This document shows, piece after piece, positions 7,391 through 16,221 of a DNA stretch of 64,000 bases. The position numbers were made by a program, and so were the translations under genes. Numbering within the stretch: position 1 is the first letter of the stretch; each line of letters starts with the position of its first letter. Origin of the DNA: Limisphaerales bacterium (GTDB taxonomy: Bacteria; Verrucomicrobiota; Verrucomicrobiia; Limisphaerales; UBA1100); contig CBFHWX010000002.1 in NCBI GenBank assembly GCA_965659445.1, forward strand, positions 9,243-73,242, read 5' to 3'. Below the pieces are notes generated by a model that ran no database searches, was not told where the DNA came from, and saw only the letters and a list, made by a program, of their open reading frames with translations.

Positions 7391-9346
7391 TTATTTTACG
7401 TTGTTAAAGCGTGAAGCGAGAAAAGACATTTGTTGATTAATTTTGGCTTGCGCTGATTCCATGGCGACAAAGCTTCTGATGAGGGCTTCACGATTAGATT
7501 TTACGCGACGTTCGTGATCGGCGATTTGTTTATCGATACTCGTTATTTGGTCGGTCATATTTTCCTGCGTGGTGGCCAGTGACCCATCGTCGTCCAGCAG
7601 GTTATCCAGGTATGTGTAAATTGAATTGGCAAGGCCATATGTGGTGGTCGTGAATAGTGTCTTCACCTGTCCAAGATTGTCGCGCAGCGCCGAATCCAGC
7701 TTGGACGAATCACTTAGCTCGATTTGATTGGTGTAACCGCTGGTGGCGTAGCCGATGGATTCTAGCCGCTTGATCGTGCTGGTGATTCCGGAAACGTCCT
7801 CGGTACCTTTGGAGCGGAGCTCACGGGAGATTTCCGCTGACAGGGGTTCGCCGGCCAAAATCCCCAAACTTACCTTCCCGTCAGCGTCTGTGCTACTGGC
7901 GGTAAGTGCAGTGATCATTGACTGGACTTTGTTCAACTCACTCACAAGCGTACCGATTGTATTCTTGATTTTTCCGGTGTCGGACTGAATCGAAACGGTT
8001 GCAGTGGTCGGTTTGTTATTCAGAAAATACACATCACCGGACTGTGCACCTGTTAAATCCACCGAGCTGGTGCCTGCCTCAGAGTCAGCCTGTGTGGTGT
8101 GCAGCGAGAATGTCGTGTTGGAGGTCACCCTTACGTAGTAGGTGGTGTCAGAGGACAGTCCCCCTGGGATCGTGCCCGGGCTGTAAAGGGTAACGGTATC
8201 ACCGGTGGAGTAGCCGTGGGAGTTCTCGGTGGTGACGGTTTCCCCGGAGGTATCCACGCTGCTGATTCGGGCGGCGCCGTTGGCTTTGGTTGCTGTGACG
8301 CTCAAACCCTGGATGCCCGAACTGTTCTGATCGATCGCGTTGCTTCGGCTTACCAAAGGGCCGGTATCGTTGACTTTGTAAATCAGGTTGTTGCCGCGCG
8401 ACAGGCTACCGCTATTGGCGGTGAGCAGGCGAGTTTTGGCTAGAAAATCACCACTGGTATCTGATAACGTAATACCCACGTCTCCCTCGGTTTTGTTGGT
8501 AAGTAGAAAGCGGTCATTCACCGGATCGTAGTTGGCGTAAACACTGGCTTCGGAGTTGTTGATCGTATCCAAGATATTGATGATCGAATCACTACTGGCG
8601 TAAGTGATACTGGTGCCATTGATACTGAATTCACCACTGGCCGAGCCGGCCCCGTCCGTCAGGTTTGCCTCATCCATCGTCTTGGAAAGATCAATGCCAC
8701 CCAGTTTATCTGAGCTGGTGATGCTGGTCGTGCCATTGGCTGTAAGACGCAGGGATTGCAGGAAATTACTTGTGTCCGAGGCGCTACCCAGAACGATGGA
8801 GCTAGAGTCGGTCAGGGTCACCTTGTCTCCGCTTACGGAGTAGTCAAAGCTGCCTCCCACTGCGGTCTTGATGGCACTCAAAGTAGTAGTAAGCGAATTG
8901 TCTGTATCAATGGTAACCTGTGCGCCTTGCACCGTAACCGTGCCGGCTGTAATCGGGATGGACAATCCAGCGGAACTAATCGCTGCACTGGTGCTTACTG
9001 CCGCCCCCACATCTGTGGCCCCCAATTGCTTGGCTGACGTTGCCATCTGATAAATCTCAAACCGATAATCTCCAGAAGAAGTGCCTGCATCTGCAGTCGC
9101 GGTCGCGTGAGATGCACTGGAGGTGACCGTGCGGCTGTCATAAAGATCCGTATCTTTAAGTGTTTCAGAGGTTGTCTTGATCGAAGTGAGTTGAGATTTC
9201 AGGGATGTGTAGGCACTGTTTTTCTTGTAAATAGTGTTCTGCTCCACGCGCATGCGTCGCTGCGGTGCTCGTTCCACGTCGGAGAGCTGATCTACCATCG
9301 ATTTCCAGTCAAAGCCGGAAACCAAGCCTGATACATTTAATTCCAT
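7391..9346 (-). CDS. fliD: Filament cap protein FliD
   Basis: 651 aa. The N-terminus is VSGLVSGFDWKSMVDQLSDVERAPQ. The C-terminus is a coiled coil (ITSIDKQIADHERRVKSNREALIRSF). The central region is Ser/Thr-rich and variable. Confidence 0.9.
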   Translation of the reverse strand: MELNVSGLVSGFDWKSMVDQLSDVERAPQRRMRVEQNTIYKKNSAYTSLKSQLTSIKTTSETLKDTDLYDSRTVTSSASHATATADAGTSSGDYRFEIYQMATSAKQLGATDVGAAVSTSAAISSAGLSIPITAGTVTVQGAQVTIDTDNSLTTTLSAIKTAVGGSFDYSVSGDKVTLTDSSSIVLGSASDTSNFLQSLRLTANGTTSITSSDKLGGIDLSKTMDEANLTDGAGSASGEFSINGTSITYASSDSIINILDTINNSEASVYANYDPVNDRFLLTNKTEGDVGITLSDTSGDFLAKTRLLTANSGSLSRGNNLIYKVNDTGPLVSRSNAIDQNSSGIQGLSVTATKANGAARISSVDTSGETVTTENSHGYSTGDTVTLYSPGTIPGGLSSDTTYYVRVTSNTTFSLHTTQADSEAGTSSVDLTGAQSGDVYFLNNKPTTATVSIQSDTGKIKNTIGTLVSELNKVQSMITALTASSTDADGKVSLGILAGEPLSAEISRELRSKGTEDVSGITSTIKRLESIGYATSGYTNQIELSDSSKLDSALRDNLGQVKTLFTTTTYGLANSIYTYLDNLLDDDGSLATTQENMTDQITSIDKQIADHERRVKSNREALIRSFVAMESAQAKINQQMSFLASRFNNVK

Positions 9347-9388
9347 CGTATCGTCGTTGTGAGCACATTACACGTGCCCACGAAAACA

Positions 9389-9405
9389 CAGCAGGATAAA
9401 TGCCA
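9389..9405 (-). promoter_or_regulatory. Sigma-54-type -24/-12 element (TGGCATttatcCTGCTG) upstream of fliD
   Basis: It sits in the 73-nt gap between the 142-aa ORF and fliD. The predicted start is about 33 nt upstream of the fliD ATG. Confidence 0.5.
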
Positions 9406-9419
9406 GAAAGGCGAAGGGA

Positions 9420-9848
9420 TCAGTAATCGCAATCCAAATGAATGGACTGGCCACAGGAGCAATTGACGATGACCCGTCGTACCACGTCATCTTCGCGCTC
9501 GTATTCAAGAACAGGTGGGGTGGTTGAGGCGGATTCACCCTCATTTTCCATCTCCCCTTCTGGTGCGGGGGTAGGGGTCAGCTTAATCTCTGGTAGGGCC
9601 ACCCGAGCTGGAGCGGCCGCAACAGCAGACCGAATGGCATCGGTGACATTTTCCAGTGATTCGCCGGTAAGATGATCCTGTAAAATCTGATGGATCTGGC
9701 CGGGTAAATCATTGGCTTCAGCCGGGGTGACCGGCGCGATTTCCGAGGGAGTATTGTCCACAGGAGTCCCGGTACTGGTATGCACAAAGGAAGTTGTGCT
9801 CTGGTTTCCTAAATCACCGCCAAATGGAACAAAATTTCCGGATGTCAT
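9420..9848 (-). CDS. Hypothetical protein (142 aa) between motB and fliD, with a Cys-containing C-terminus
   Basis: The ORF starts 3 nt after the motB stop. The N-terminal two thirds are low-complexity and Pro/Thr/Glu-rich. The C-terminus is VVRRVIVNCSCGQSIHLDCDY. No family was recognised. Confidence 0.55.
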   Translation of the reverse strand: MTSGNFVPFGGDLGNQSTTSFVHTSTGTPVDNTPSEIAPVTPAEANDLPGQIHQILQDHLTGESLENVTDAIRSAVAAAPARVALPEIKLTPTPAPEGEMENEGESASTTPPVLEYEREDDVVRRVIVNCSCGQSIHLDCDY

Positions 9849-9851
9849 GAG

Positions 9852-10592
9852 CTATTGAGATTGTCCGGCGCGAACCATGATGCTCACGCGGTTATGATAA
9901 GGATGGTCCGGTTTGGGTTGGTCCTTCAATGGTCTGGTGGCACCGAAGCCAACCATCTTATGAAATTGAGCTTCCTTTACACCTTCATCTTCCATGTGCT
10001 TGCGCACCACAAGGGCGCGCTTCGTTGAAATAGACCAGTGATCATCATCTTTGTCGTCCGTTTTCGCTTTGAAATTTCGCCCTGTGTGGCCTTCAACCTC
10101 AATGGATGTGGTGCTCAAAGTATCGGTGTGTTTGGCCAGCGTCCAAGCCACAATGCCAAAGAGCAGCTTGCCATAACTAGTCATCTCCGCTCCTCCCTCA
10201 CCAAACAAGCGGCGGCTGGGATCATTGAAAAACTCAAGCAACAGTCCTTCGTCGGTCATATTAACCCGTAGCGTCTTCATGTCGATGTAGTTCGGATTTT
10301 GGATGAAGGCCACGACCAAGTCTTGATTCAACCGACGCACATGATCGAGAGGGATGGCCGATTGATTATCAAAATGCGCGCGCTTGGATTTAATCAAATC
10401 CGCGTTCTCGATGGGGATAATGCCCACCGATTGCTTGGTGATCGACTTGAACCGAGTTTTGAAATGTGCTGACACATCACCCTTAATTTTTTCATCCTGG
10501 TTGATGATCCAAAGCACAAGGAAAAGGGCCATCATCGCGGTCACAAAGTCCGCGTAGGCTACTTTCCATGCTCCTCCTCCGCCACCTGCCAT
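9852..10592 (-). CDS. motB: Stator protein MotB
   Basis: The N-terminus is GAWKVAYADFVTAMMALFLVLWII, with the conserved Asp. The C-terminal half is OmpA-like (VEGHTG...WSISTKRALVVRKHM...GFGATRP). Confidence 0.9.
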   Translation of the reverse strand: MAGGGGGAWKVAYADFVTAMMALFLVLWIINQDEKIKGDVSAHFKTRFKSITKQSVGIIPIENADLIKSKRAHFDNQSAIPLDHVRRLNQDLVVAFIQNPNYIDMKTLRVNMTDEGLLLEFFNDPSRRLFGEGGAEMTSYGKLLFGIVAWTLAKHTDTLSTTSIEVEGHTGRNFKAKTDDKDDDHWSISTKRALVVRKHMEDEGVKEAQFHKMVGFGATRPLKDQPKPDHPYHNRVSIMVRAGQSQ

Positions 10593-10627
10593 AGTGCTTG
10601 CTTCGTTTTCTTTCGGTTAATTGTCGG

Positions 10628-11512
10628 TTATTTTGAGGATTTCAGCAGAGTCTCCAGATCGCCGGAGCTCATGCGCACATCTTCGCCTAATTCGCGGCGG
10701 CCCACTTCGCATGCCACTAGTGGCGGCAGACCGTTGGCAAAACTTACGACTGAAGACTTGATGCATTTCATATAGGACATCTCAACGTGCCCGTTAAATT
10801 CACAGTTGGTCGCGATCGGGCCAACAACACAATAGGAACCGAAAATTCCGAAAAACGTGCCGGCCAACGCCGTCGCAATACCCTGACCCACAACGGTTGT
10901 GTCACCACCGATCTTGAACATCATCACTACAATAATACCTAACACCGCCGCCACAATGCCGAAGGCCGGCAGGGCGTCCGACACTTTTGTCATCACTAGA
11001 ATCGGTTGGTGGTGCTCCTCTTCCATCGTGTGAAGGCTTCTGTTCATCAAGGGCTCCAGCTGGTCAGGCTTGATCCGTCCGTCTACTATTGGTTTCAAGC
11101 CGTCGGCCAGATATTCCACGGCATGATGGTTTCCATGAAACTTGGGATATTTCTGGAACAACGCGCTGGCCTCCGGATTCATCACGTGCTCTTCCAGCGC
11201 AATCATGCCGCCGCGGCGGCCAAGTTGGAAGAGCTCGTACATACATTTTAGAAGCTCCTCATGGTCTGCTTTGTTGAATGGAGCTCCTTTCAGGGTGCCC
11301 AAGGCTTGCGCAACCACGCCTTTGAGCACCTTGATGGGCGACATTACTATCATGCTGCCAAAGACCATTCCGCCGAGTGCTATAAACTCATTAAGGTGGA
11401 ATAGTCCGCCGATGGCGCCAAAATTCATCCCGCCGCCATGACCGCCTGCCGCCATGGCAAAGCCGACCGCTACGCCGCCGAAGATGACTACAAACCCAAT
11501 TATAACTAGCAT
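10628..11512 (-). CDS. motA: Stator protein MotA
   Basis: 294 aa with four predicted TM segments and a MotA/ExbB-type C-terminal pair (GIVAAVLGII...LAGTFFGIF). It lies directly upstream of motB. Confidence 0.9.
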   Translation of the reverse strand: MLVIIGFVVIFGGVAVGFAMAAGGHGGGMNFGAIGGLFHLNEFIALGGMVFGSMIVMSPIKVLKGVVAQALGTLKGAPFNKADHEELLKCMYELFQLGRRGGMIALEEHVMNPEASALFQKYPKFHGNHHAVEYLADGLKPIVDGRIKPDQLEPLMNRSLHTMEEEHHQPILVMTKVSDALPAFGIVAAVLGIIVVMMFKIGGDTTVVGQGIATALAGTFFGIFGSYCVVGPIATNCEFNGHVEMSYMKCIKSSVVSFANGLPPLVACEVGRRELGEDVRMSSGDLETLLKSSK

Positions 11513-11530
11513 TTTTCTTCTCCTTGTTAA

Positions 11531-12346
11531 TTAGACTCGCTCGCGCCGCTGCAGAAAGGATCGCAACGACAAAACTGCCTCGGTATTGATCTGGCATACG
11601 CGAGATTCACTTACGTTTAGTAACTCTGCGATATCCTTCATGCGTAAGCCTTCGTAATAAAAAAGTAGCAGTACTTTCTGTTGCTGTAGGTTGAGTTGCT
11701 TGATGCGGTCGCGAATCAGCTCATGCAACTCATGCCGGATGGCCCGCTCGGAGGGATCTTCTTGGTTCAGGTCTGCTGCATGCTTCTCATTGCTGCTACC
11801 CCCGAAATCATCCTCACCCTCCAGAAGTTGGTGCAGCGGCACAAAAATCACCGGCCGTAACTTATCTAGCAGTTGGCGGTATTGGCTGACCCCGATGCCC
11901 ATACGCGCGGCAATTTCTTCTTCCGTGGGCTGCCTATTCAGTTCAACTCGCAGGGTTTCAATCGTGGATTCCAGTTCCTTACGGCGTGAATAGACGGTGC
12001 GCGAAAGGGGTTGGGACTTCCGAATTTCATCCAGGATCGATCCACGAATGCGCATGCGTGCATAGTTTTCAAATGACATGCCTTGGCCGGGATCGTAGCC
12101 ATGGGCCGCTTGAATTAGTGCCAAGCTGGCTATATTTTTTAGGTCATCCACATCCACCGTAACGCGGACCAGTGGTGCAAAACGATGCACCATTTGGCTA
12201 ATTACCGGCGCGTAAGAATGTAGCAGTTCCTCCTCGTTACCTTCGGTGAGGTTCGTTTTCTGGTAGGCACGCGCCGCCCTCACCCGCTGCGGACGGGAGT
12301 CCTGCTGGGCGGCTTGCTGATCGGGATTGGCGGTGGTTTGTGCCAT
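11531..12346 (-). CDS. fliA: Flagellar sigma factor sigma-28 FliA
   Basis: Region 2 reads ASLALIQAAHGYDPGQGMSFENYARMRIRGSILDEIR. Region 4.2 HTH reads LRMKDIAELLNVSESRVCQINTEAV. Confidence 0.9.
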   Translation of the reverse strand: MAQTTANPDQQAAQQDSRPQRVRAARAYQKTNLTEGNEEELLHSYAPVISQMVHRFAPLVRVTVDVDDLKNIASLALIQAAHGYDPGQGMSFENYARMRIRGSILDEIRKSQPLSRTVYSRRKELESTIETLRVELNRQPTEEEIAARMGIGVSQYRQLLDKLRPVIFVPLHQLLEGEDDFGGSSNEKHAADLNQEDPSERAIRHELHELIRDRIKQLNLQQQKVLLLFYYEGLRMKDIAELLNVSESRVCQINTEAVLSLRSFLQRRERV

Positions 12347-12366
12347 TTTGTTCGTTTTAAATTATT

Positions 12367-12639
12367 TTATGAGACAGGGGCTTCAGAGGTGGGTTCAATC
12401 TCGGTATGAGCGGCAGCTTCCTGCATTTGTGCAGCTTGTTGACGGGCTTGTTCTTGCTGTGCGGATCTCAAGCTGACCAACCACAAGGTCATCCACCAAT
12501 GCGCCAGTAAACCGAAAGCTAGGGCGGCGAGGGATGCGCTGATCGTGGTGTGACCCCAATCGCGGTCTAAAGACATGCCTAGGCCGAACACAAATAGAAA
12601 TCCGGCTGCACCGGCAATACTGGTGCCAAAGCGTATCAT
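12367..12639 (-). CDS. Small membrane protein (90 aa, two predicted TM helices, Gln/Ala-rich tail)
   Basis: Its start overlaps the stop of the upstream 1090-aa ORF (ATGA at 12636-12639). It ends 20 nt before fliA. Confidence 0.6.
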   Translation of the reverse strand: MIRFGTSIAGAAGFLFVFGLGMSLDRDWGHTTISASLAALAFGLLAHWWMTLWLVSLRSAQQEQARQQAAQMQEAAAHTEIEPTSEAPVS

Positions 12640-15600
12640 GGTTGGTTTCCTCCATCTGTCTTTGGCGGCGACTTGGGTAGTTCGCCAGCCACCTGCACTA
12701 ATACCATGGATGAGTTGGCTTTGGCGAGCAAGTAGGCATCACGAGTTGATTTTTGTGTGGCTTCGCCTTCATTAGACACCAATTTCGGCAGCTCCGGCAG
12801 GCGGGTGGTGTAGTTCACATCGGGCAATCGATTCAGGAAGGCCATAAGGTGATCGCTCTTGAGTACATACCGATGGTATGAGCTAAAGTTCTGAAACACA
12901 TCCGGCGTGCGGCCGCGAAAGCTTGGGAAAAACAAGCCTATGGCTTGGCCTTGACGATTCAGCAGGGCGGTTCCACGAAAGCCAGGGGTCATGGAAACCT
13001 TTTCGAATTCCGCGTCCTTTATGATATTTTCGAGCGATGTTTTGGTGTGATGTCCGGGTGTGTCCTTGGTTAACATATCCTCGGCTAGTTGATACAGGCG
13101 AAGGTAATGATTGTGGATGGTTTGCCACTGCGCTGCGCTGCGCTTGTTCGCCGCTACCTTTAAGGCTAACCGCACGTCGGTCGGGAGGTTCTGGCCGCCG
13201 TCGCGTTGTACCACGCCGGGGACCACGGATATCCGAATCAGCGCCTGACCTTCTCGAACCTCCTCTAACGGTGGGGCGTTATGAACCCTTCGTCCGTCGA
13301 GTTCCACCCAACTTCCTTTGGGGTAGGAGAGATCTTGTGGTTGAGTTTTGTTATACGTCTGCCATTCCCGTTTCATGAAATTATCCTCCTGATTGTTTTT
13401 TTGGTGGTCATACTTCTGCCATTTCCGATTCACGGCATTATACCTCACCCATACCCGATTCACGGAATCATACCAGAGCTCTTCCTCCAGTTGATAACCC
13501 AGTATGACGTGGGCGTTGCCTAGCAAAATATGATGGGCGCGCAGGGCTCCCTTCAAACGGTTCAACGTCTCCACCTGCAACTCACGTAAATCACTGGGAC
13601 TGAGAGTTTCCTCGATTGGCTTGCTGGTCTTCACCCGCTGACTGCGTTCGTCCAGGTATTTTTCAAATTTTAGTACCAGTTGATCGCCCAATATCGGTTG
13701 CTGTAGAGTGAAAAATCGCGGATCCGCTTGAGCTCCGAGCACGGAGTGAATCTGGGTGGTGGCTTGTGCGGCTCGCGGCAGTGTGCCCTGAACATTTTGC
13801 GGCAACTGATATCCCAAAACATGCACATCCTGGTGCTGGCGTGTACTGTGGCTGGCGCTGAAGGAGAGGGCGGGGAATTTGTAACCGCCATCTACTTTCA
13901 ACAACAGAAATTGATCCAGATCTCCCGGTAAATTAAGTGCACGCGCTGGGAACGCTCCGTTTTCAGTGACCACTTGAAACCGTGTCCCGCTCCGAATCAG
14001 GTGCTTGCCGGTGATCACATATCCATCTTCCGAAACAAAGAAACCGGAGCTCCAGTCTTCAGCTTGGAAGGAATTTTGCGCTTTCTCTTGCACCATTGGG
14101 TTGGGCTTCTTGGGAGCGTTGATGCTGGCTTCCAACTTGAGGGTCTGGGCTTCGGCGCGTTGCCTTTGATCCGGAGTTAGGATTCGCTTGAGCAGTTCTA
14201 GTCCGGTAATGGCGGCCTGTTGTTGTCGGTTCGCAGCCAATTTCCACCATATGTAGGCCTGAGTTGCGTCATTCCCACCGAGCTTTTCAACCTGTGCCCA
14301 GTCCTGCTGAGTCAGTTCAGCGGGAGATTTTCCAAGCACTGTACCGATCGCTTTCTTGGCTAAACGTTCCTGTCCGTCGGGATCTGGAATCAACAATTCA
14401 AGATTCCAGTTGTTCATGCCCTCATTGGGGCGATACAGAGCTACTACATTAGCAAGAATGGCGTTTTCTTCAGGGTCCAACTGCACCAATTCACCCGGTA
14501 ATGTCTTTGCCGGATGTTGGTCACGAAACTCTCCGGACACCTGTAAGCTTAATTGAGCACCGGCACTGCGCCCCTGATAATAAAAGAGTCCCAGATTATA
14601 TTGACTGGGGGCATGGCCCAAGTCGGCGGCGTCTCGATACAGCGTGAAGGCACGGGGCAGGTTCGGCCGAACCCCAATGCCGTTTTCAAAAAGTTGCGCG
14701 AGATTATAAAGGGAATCGGGCAATTTATGAGTGATCGCTTTCTCCAGCCATTGCACCGATGTCTCGGGTTTGGCGGTAACGCCATGACCCTGCAAATACA
14801 TTACGCCCAAGGCGTGTTGAGCCGGACCATGATCCTGCTTTGCGGCGAGTAGGAAGTGATCGTGTGCATCCTGAAGGAGGAGGTTTTCATCCGGAGTAAT
14901 ATTCTTATCCTTGTTTTTATCCCACTTGGTAAACTCCTCCTCCTTGAGATTTGCCGGATTGACTTGCACACCAAGAGTGTAATAGAGGACGCCAAGTTGA
15001 TGATAAGCCGCCACAATGCCTTGGGTCGCAGCGCGTTGCAAAAACTGTTCAGCTTTTTGATGGTCCGGTCGAATGACTTGGATGCCATGCTTAAGGCCGT
15101 TCTGGTAAATCCGCCCCAGATTATATTGTGCCACGGCGTGACCCTGCTTGGCGGCCAATTGATAATACTTCATGGCTTTGTCCAAATCCCGGGACACGCC
15201 CTGACCGGTTTCGTACAGATATGCCAAACTCGCTTGGGCCTTAGCGTGTCCGGTGCGGATAGCGCGTTCGTACATCTTGGCGGCTTTGTCATAAGTGCCC
15301 ACCTTTTGGCACATCAAGCCGAGGTTGTAATAATCCGTGGACGAATTCGCCATCGAGTTACGTGCGTAGGGATTGCGGCTTTGGCCCGCTTTCAGTGAGT
15401 CCAGATTAAGTGGATCATCTTTGACCAGAGGTTCATAAATATGGATTTTATCGTCGAAGAGTTTTCTTGCGAGGCCGTAAGATTGGGTCTCAGAAAAGCC
15501 GCGACTCTGAAAATAGTATCGAAGATCAGCCATTATTTTATGGTAACGGGCCTTTTGTTTTGGTTTAGCATGAAATTCGAGCCATGGATAAAATCCTGTG

Positions 15601-15908
15601 GAATTCGGTTGCAACTCTAATCCTGTGCCCAAGGCTAGTGTGAATGAAAGTGGGCCGGTAACGGGTGGAGTATTCAGGAACGGTAAATTCATCCGTGGCT
15701 CAAACGAGCTAACTCCTCTATTGGCACGATGCATCACGGGTTCGTGAGGCATGGCAAAACGTTTTCGCAGATCACCTAACCACTGCCTGGCCCATTCGCG
15801 TCCGGCCTTCTCGGCCGCCGTGGGGGCCACTTTTTGCTCGGCATAACTTGCCGTGCAAAGGAGAAGCCCAGTGCTTAACAGCCAAATTGTGAGTTGGCTG
15901 ACTTTCAT
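12636..15908 (-). CDS. Secreted Sel1-repeat protein with a C-terminal split trypsin-like (S1C/HtrA-type) domain lacking the catalytic Ser
   Basis: The signal peptide is MKVSQLTIWLLSTGLLLCTASYA. Several Sel1 repeats occupy about 14570-15345 (AQASLAYLYETGQGVSRDLDKAMKYY..., AQYNLGRIYQNG..., SQYNLGLFYYQG). The protease-like domain spans about 12880-14060 with SSGFFVSEDGYVITGKHLI (His), DQFLLLKVD (Asp) and PGFRGTALLNRQGQAIGLF in place of GxSGGxLxN. Confidence 0.8.
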   Translation of the reverse strand: MKVSQLTIWLLSTGLLLCTASYAEQKVAPTAAEKAGREWARQWLGDLRKRFAMPHEPVMHRANRGVSSFEPRMNLPFLNTPPVTGPLSFTLALGTGLELQPNSTGFYPWLEFHAKPKQKARYHKIMADLRYYFQSRGFSETQSYGLARKLFDDKIHIYEPLVKDDPLNLDSLKAGQSRNPYARNSMANSSTDYYNLGLMCQKVGTYDKAAKMYERAIRTGHAKAQASLAYLYETGQGVSRDLDKAMKYYQLAAKQGHAVAQYNLGRIYQNGLKHGIQVIRPDHQKAEQFLQRAATQGIVAAYHQLGVLYYTLGVQVNPANLKEEEFTKWDKNKDKNITPDENLLLQDAHDHFLLAAKQDHGPAQHALGVMYLQGHGVTAKPETSVQWLEKAITHKLPDSLYNLAQLFENGIGVRPNLPRAFTLYRDAADLGHAPSQYNLGLFYYQGRSAGAQLSLQVSGEFRDQHPAKTLPGELVQLDPEENAILANVVALYRPNEGMNNWNLELLIPDPDGQERLAKKAIGTVLGKSPAELTQQDWAQVEKLGGNDATQAYIWWKLAANRQQQAAITGLELLKRILTPDQRQRAEAQTLKLEASINAPKKPNPMVQEKAQNSFQAEDWSSGFFVSEDGYVITGKHLIRSGTRFQVVTENGAFPARALNLPGDLDQFLLLKVDGGYKFPALSFSASHSTRQHQDVHVLGYQLPQNVQGTLPRAAQATTQIHSVLGAQADPRFFTLQQPILGDQLVLKFEKYLDERSQRVKTSKPIEETLSPSDLRELQVETLNRLKGALRAHHILLGNAHVILGYQLEEELWYDSVNRVWVRYNAVNRKWQKYDHQKNNQEDNFMKREWQTYNKTQPQDLSYPKGSWVELDGRRVHNAPPLEEVREGQALIRISVVPGVVQRDGGQNLPTDVRLALKVAANKRSAAQWQTIHNHYLRLYQLAEDMLTKDTPGHHTKTSLENIIKDAEFEKVSMTPGFRGTALLNRQGQAIGLFFPSFRGRTPDVFQNFSSYHRYVLKSDHLMAFLNRLPDVNYTTRLPELPKLVSNEGEATQKSTRDAYLLAKANSSMVLVQVAGELPKSPPKTDGGNQP

Positions 15909-16194
15909 AAATTTCGTTCCATTTCAACGCCCGCCGGTTGGCTCGGGCAATGTTGTCCGGCCCCACAGCAGCAATTGTCGGGCCAAATTCTACCAGCACC
16001 GCAATAAGTTAAAAATTAGCTGCTTCCTAGATAAAATAGCACATATTACGTTTTTCCCGAGAAAATGAATTTTTTGCCTAGTGGTAGGAATTGTTTTACC
16101 AAATATGACTCATAAAATGAGATAAATTGCAAAAAACGTCAAAAAAACACCAATTATTAACAAAAATGTGAATTTTTGGTTTTTCTGCCTGTCA

Positions 16195-16211
16195 TGGCAC
16201 GATGATTGCTG
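16195..16211 (+). promoter_or_regulatory. Sigma-54-type -24/-12 promoter (TGGCACgatgaTTGCTG) upstream of flgB
   Basis: It is a full 10/10 match to TGGCAC-N5-TTGC, at the end of the AT-rich divergent intergenic region and on the flgB strand. Confidence 0.6.
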
Positions 16212-16221
16212 CTCGCGATGC

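Noticed and set aside
13425-13474. A 20-nt near-identical direct repeat (ccgattcacggMatYatacc) occurs twice, 30 nt apart.
   Set aside because: It lies inside the 1090-aa ORF and simply encodes the repeated (S/A)VNR(V/K)W peptide motif of the insertion. It is not a mobile-element end or a CRISPR-like array.
15987-15995. A possible extended -10 (TGgTAGAAT, minus strand) could be a sigma-70 promoter for the Sel1-protein operon.
   Set aside because: There is only a weak -35 (TTAACT) at a short 14-nt spacing. The AT-rich intergenic sequence offers many equally good hexamers, so the call cannot be supported without transcription start data.
16168-16221. The ORF-track N-terminal extensions of flgB (GTG 16168), fliO (GTG 29375), flgF (ATG 5129), fliS (TTG 6179), fliQ (30848) and the methyltransferase (56025).
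   Set aside because: The extensions encode non-conserved, Cys/Trp-rich or overlapping sequence, and in three cases they cover the putative sigma-54 elements. Downstream starts restore family-typical N-termini, often with a Shine-Dalgarno sequence.
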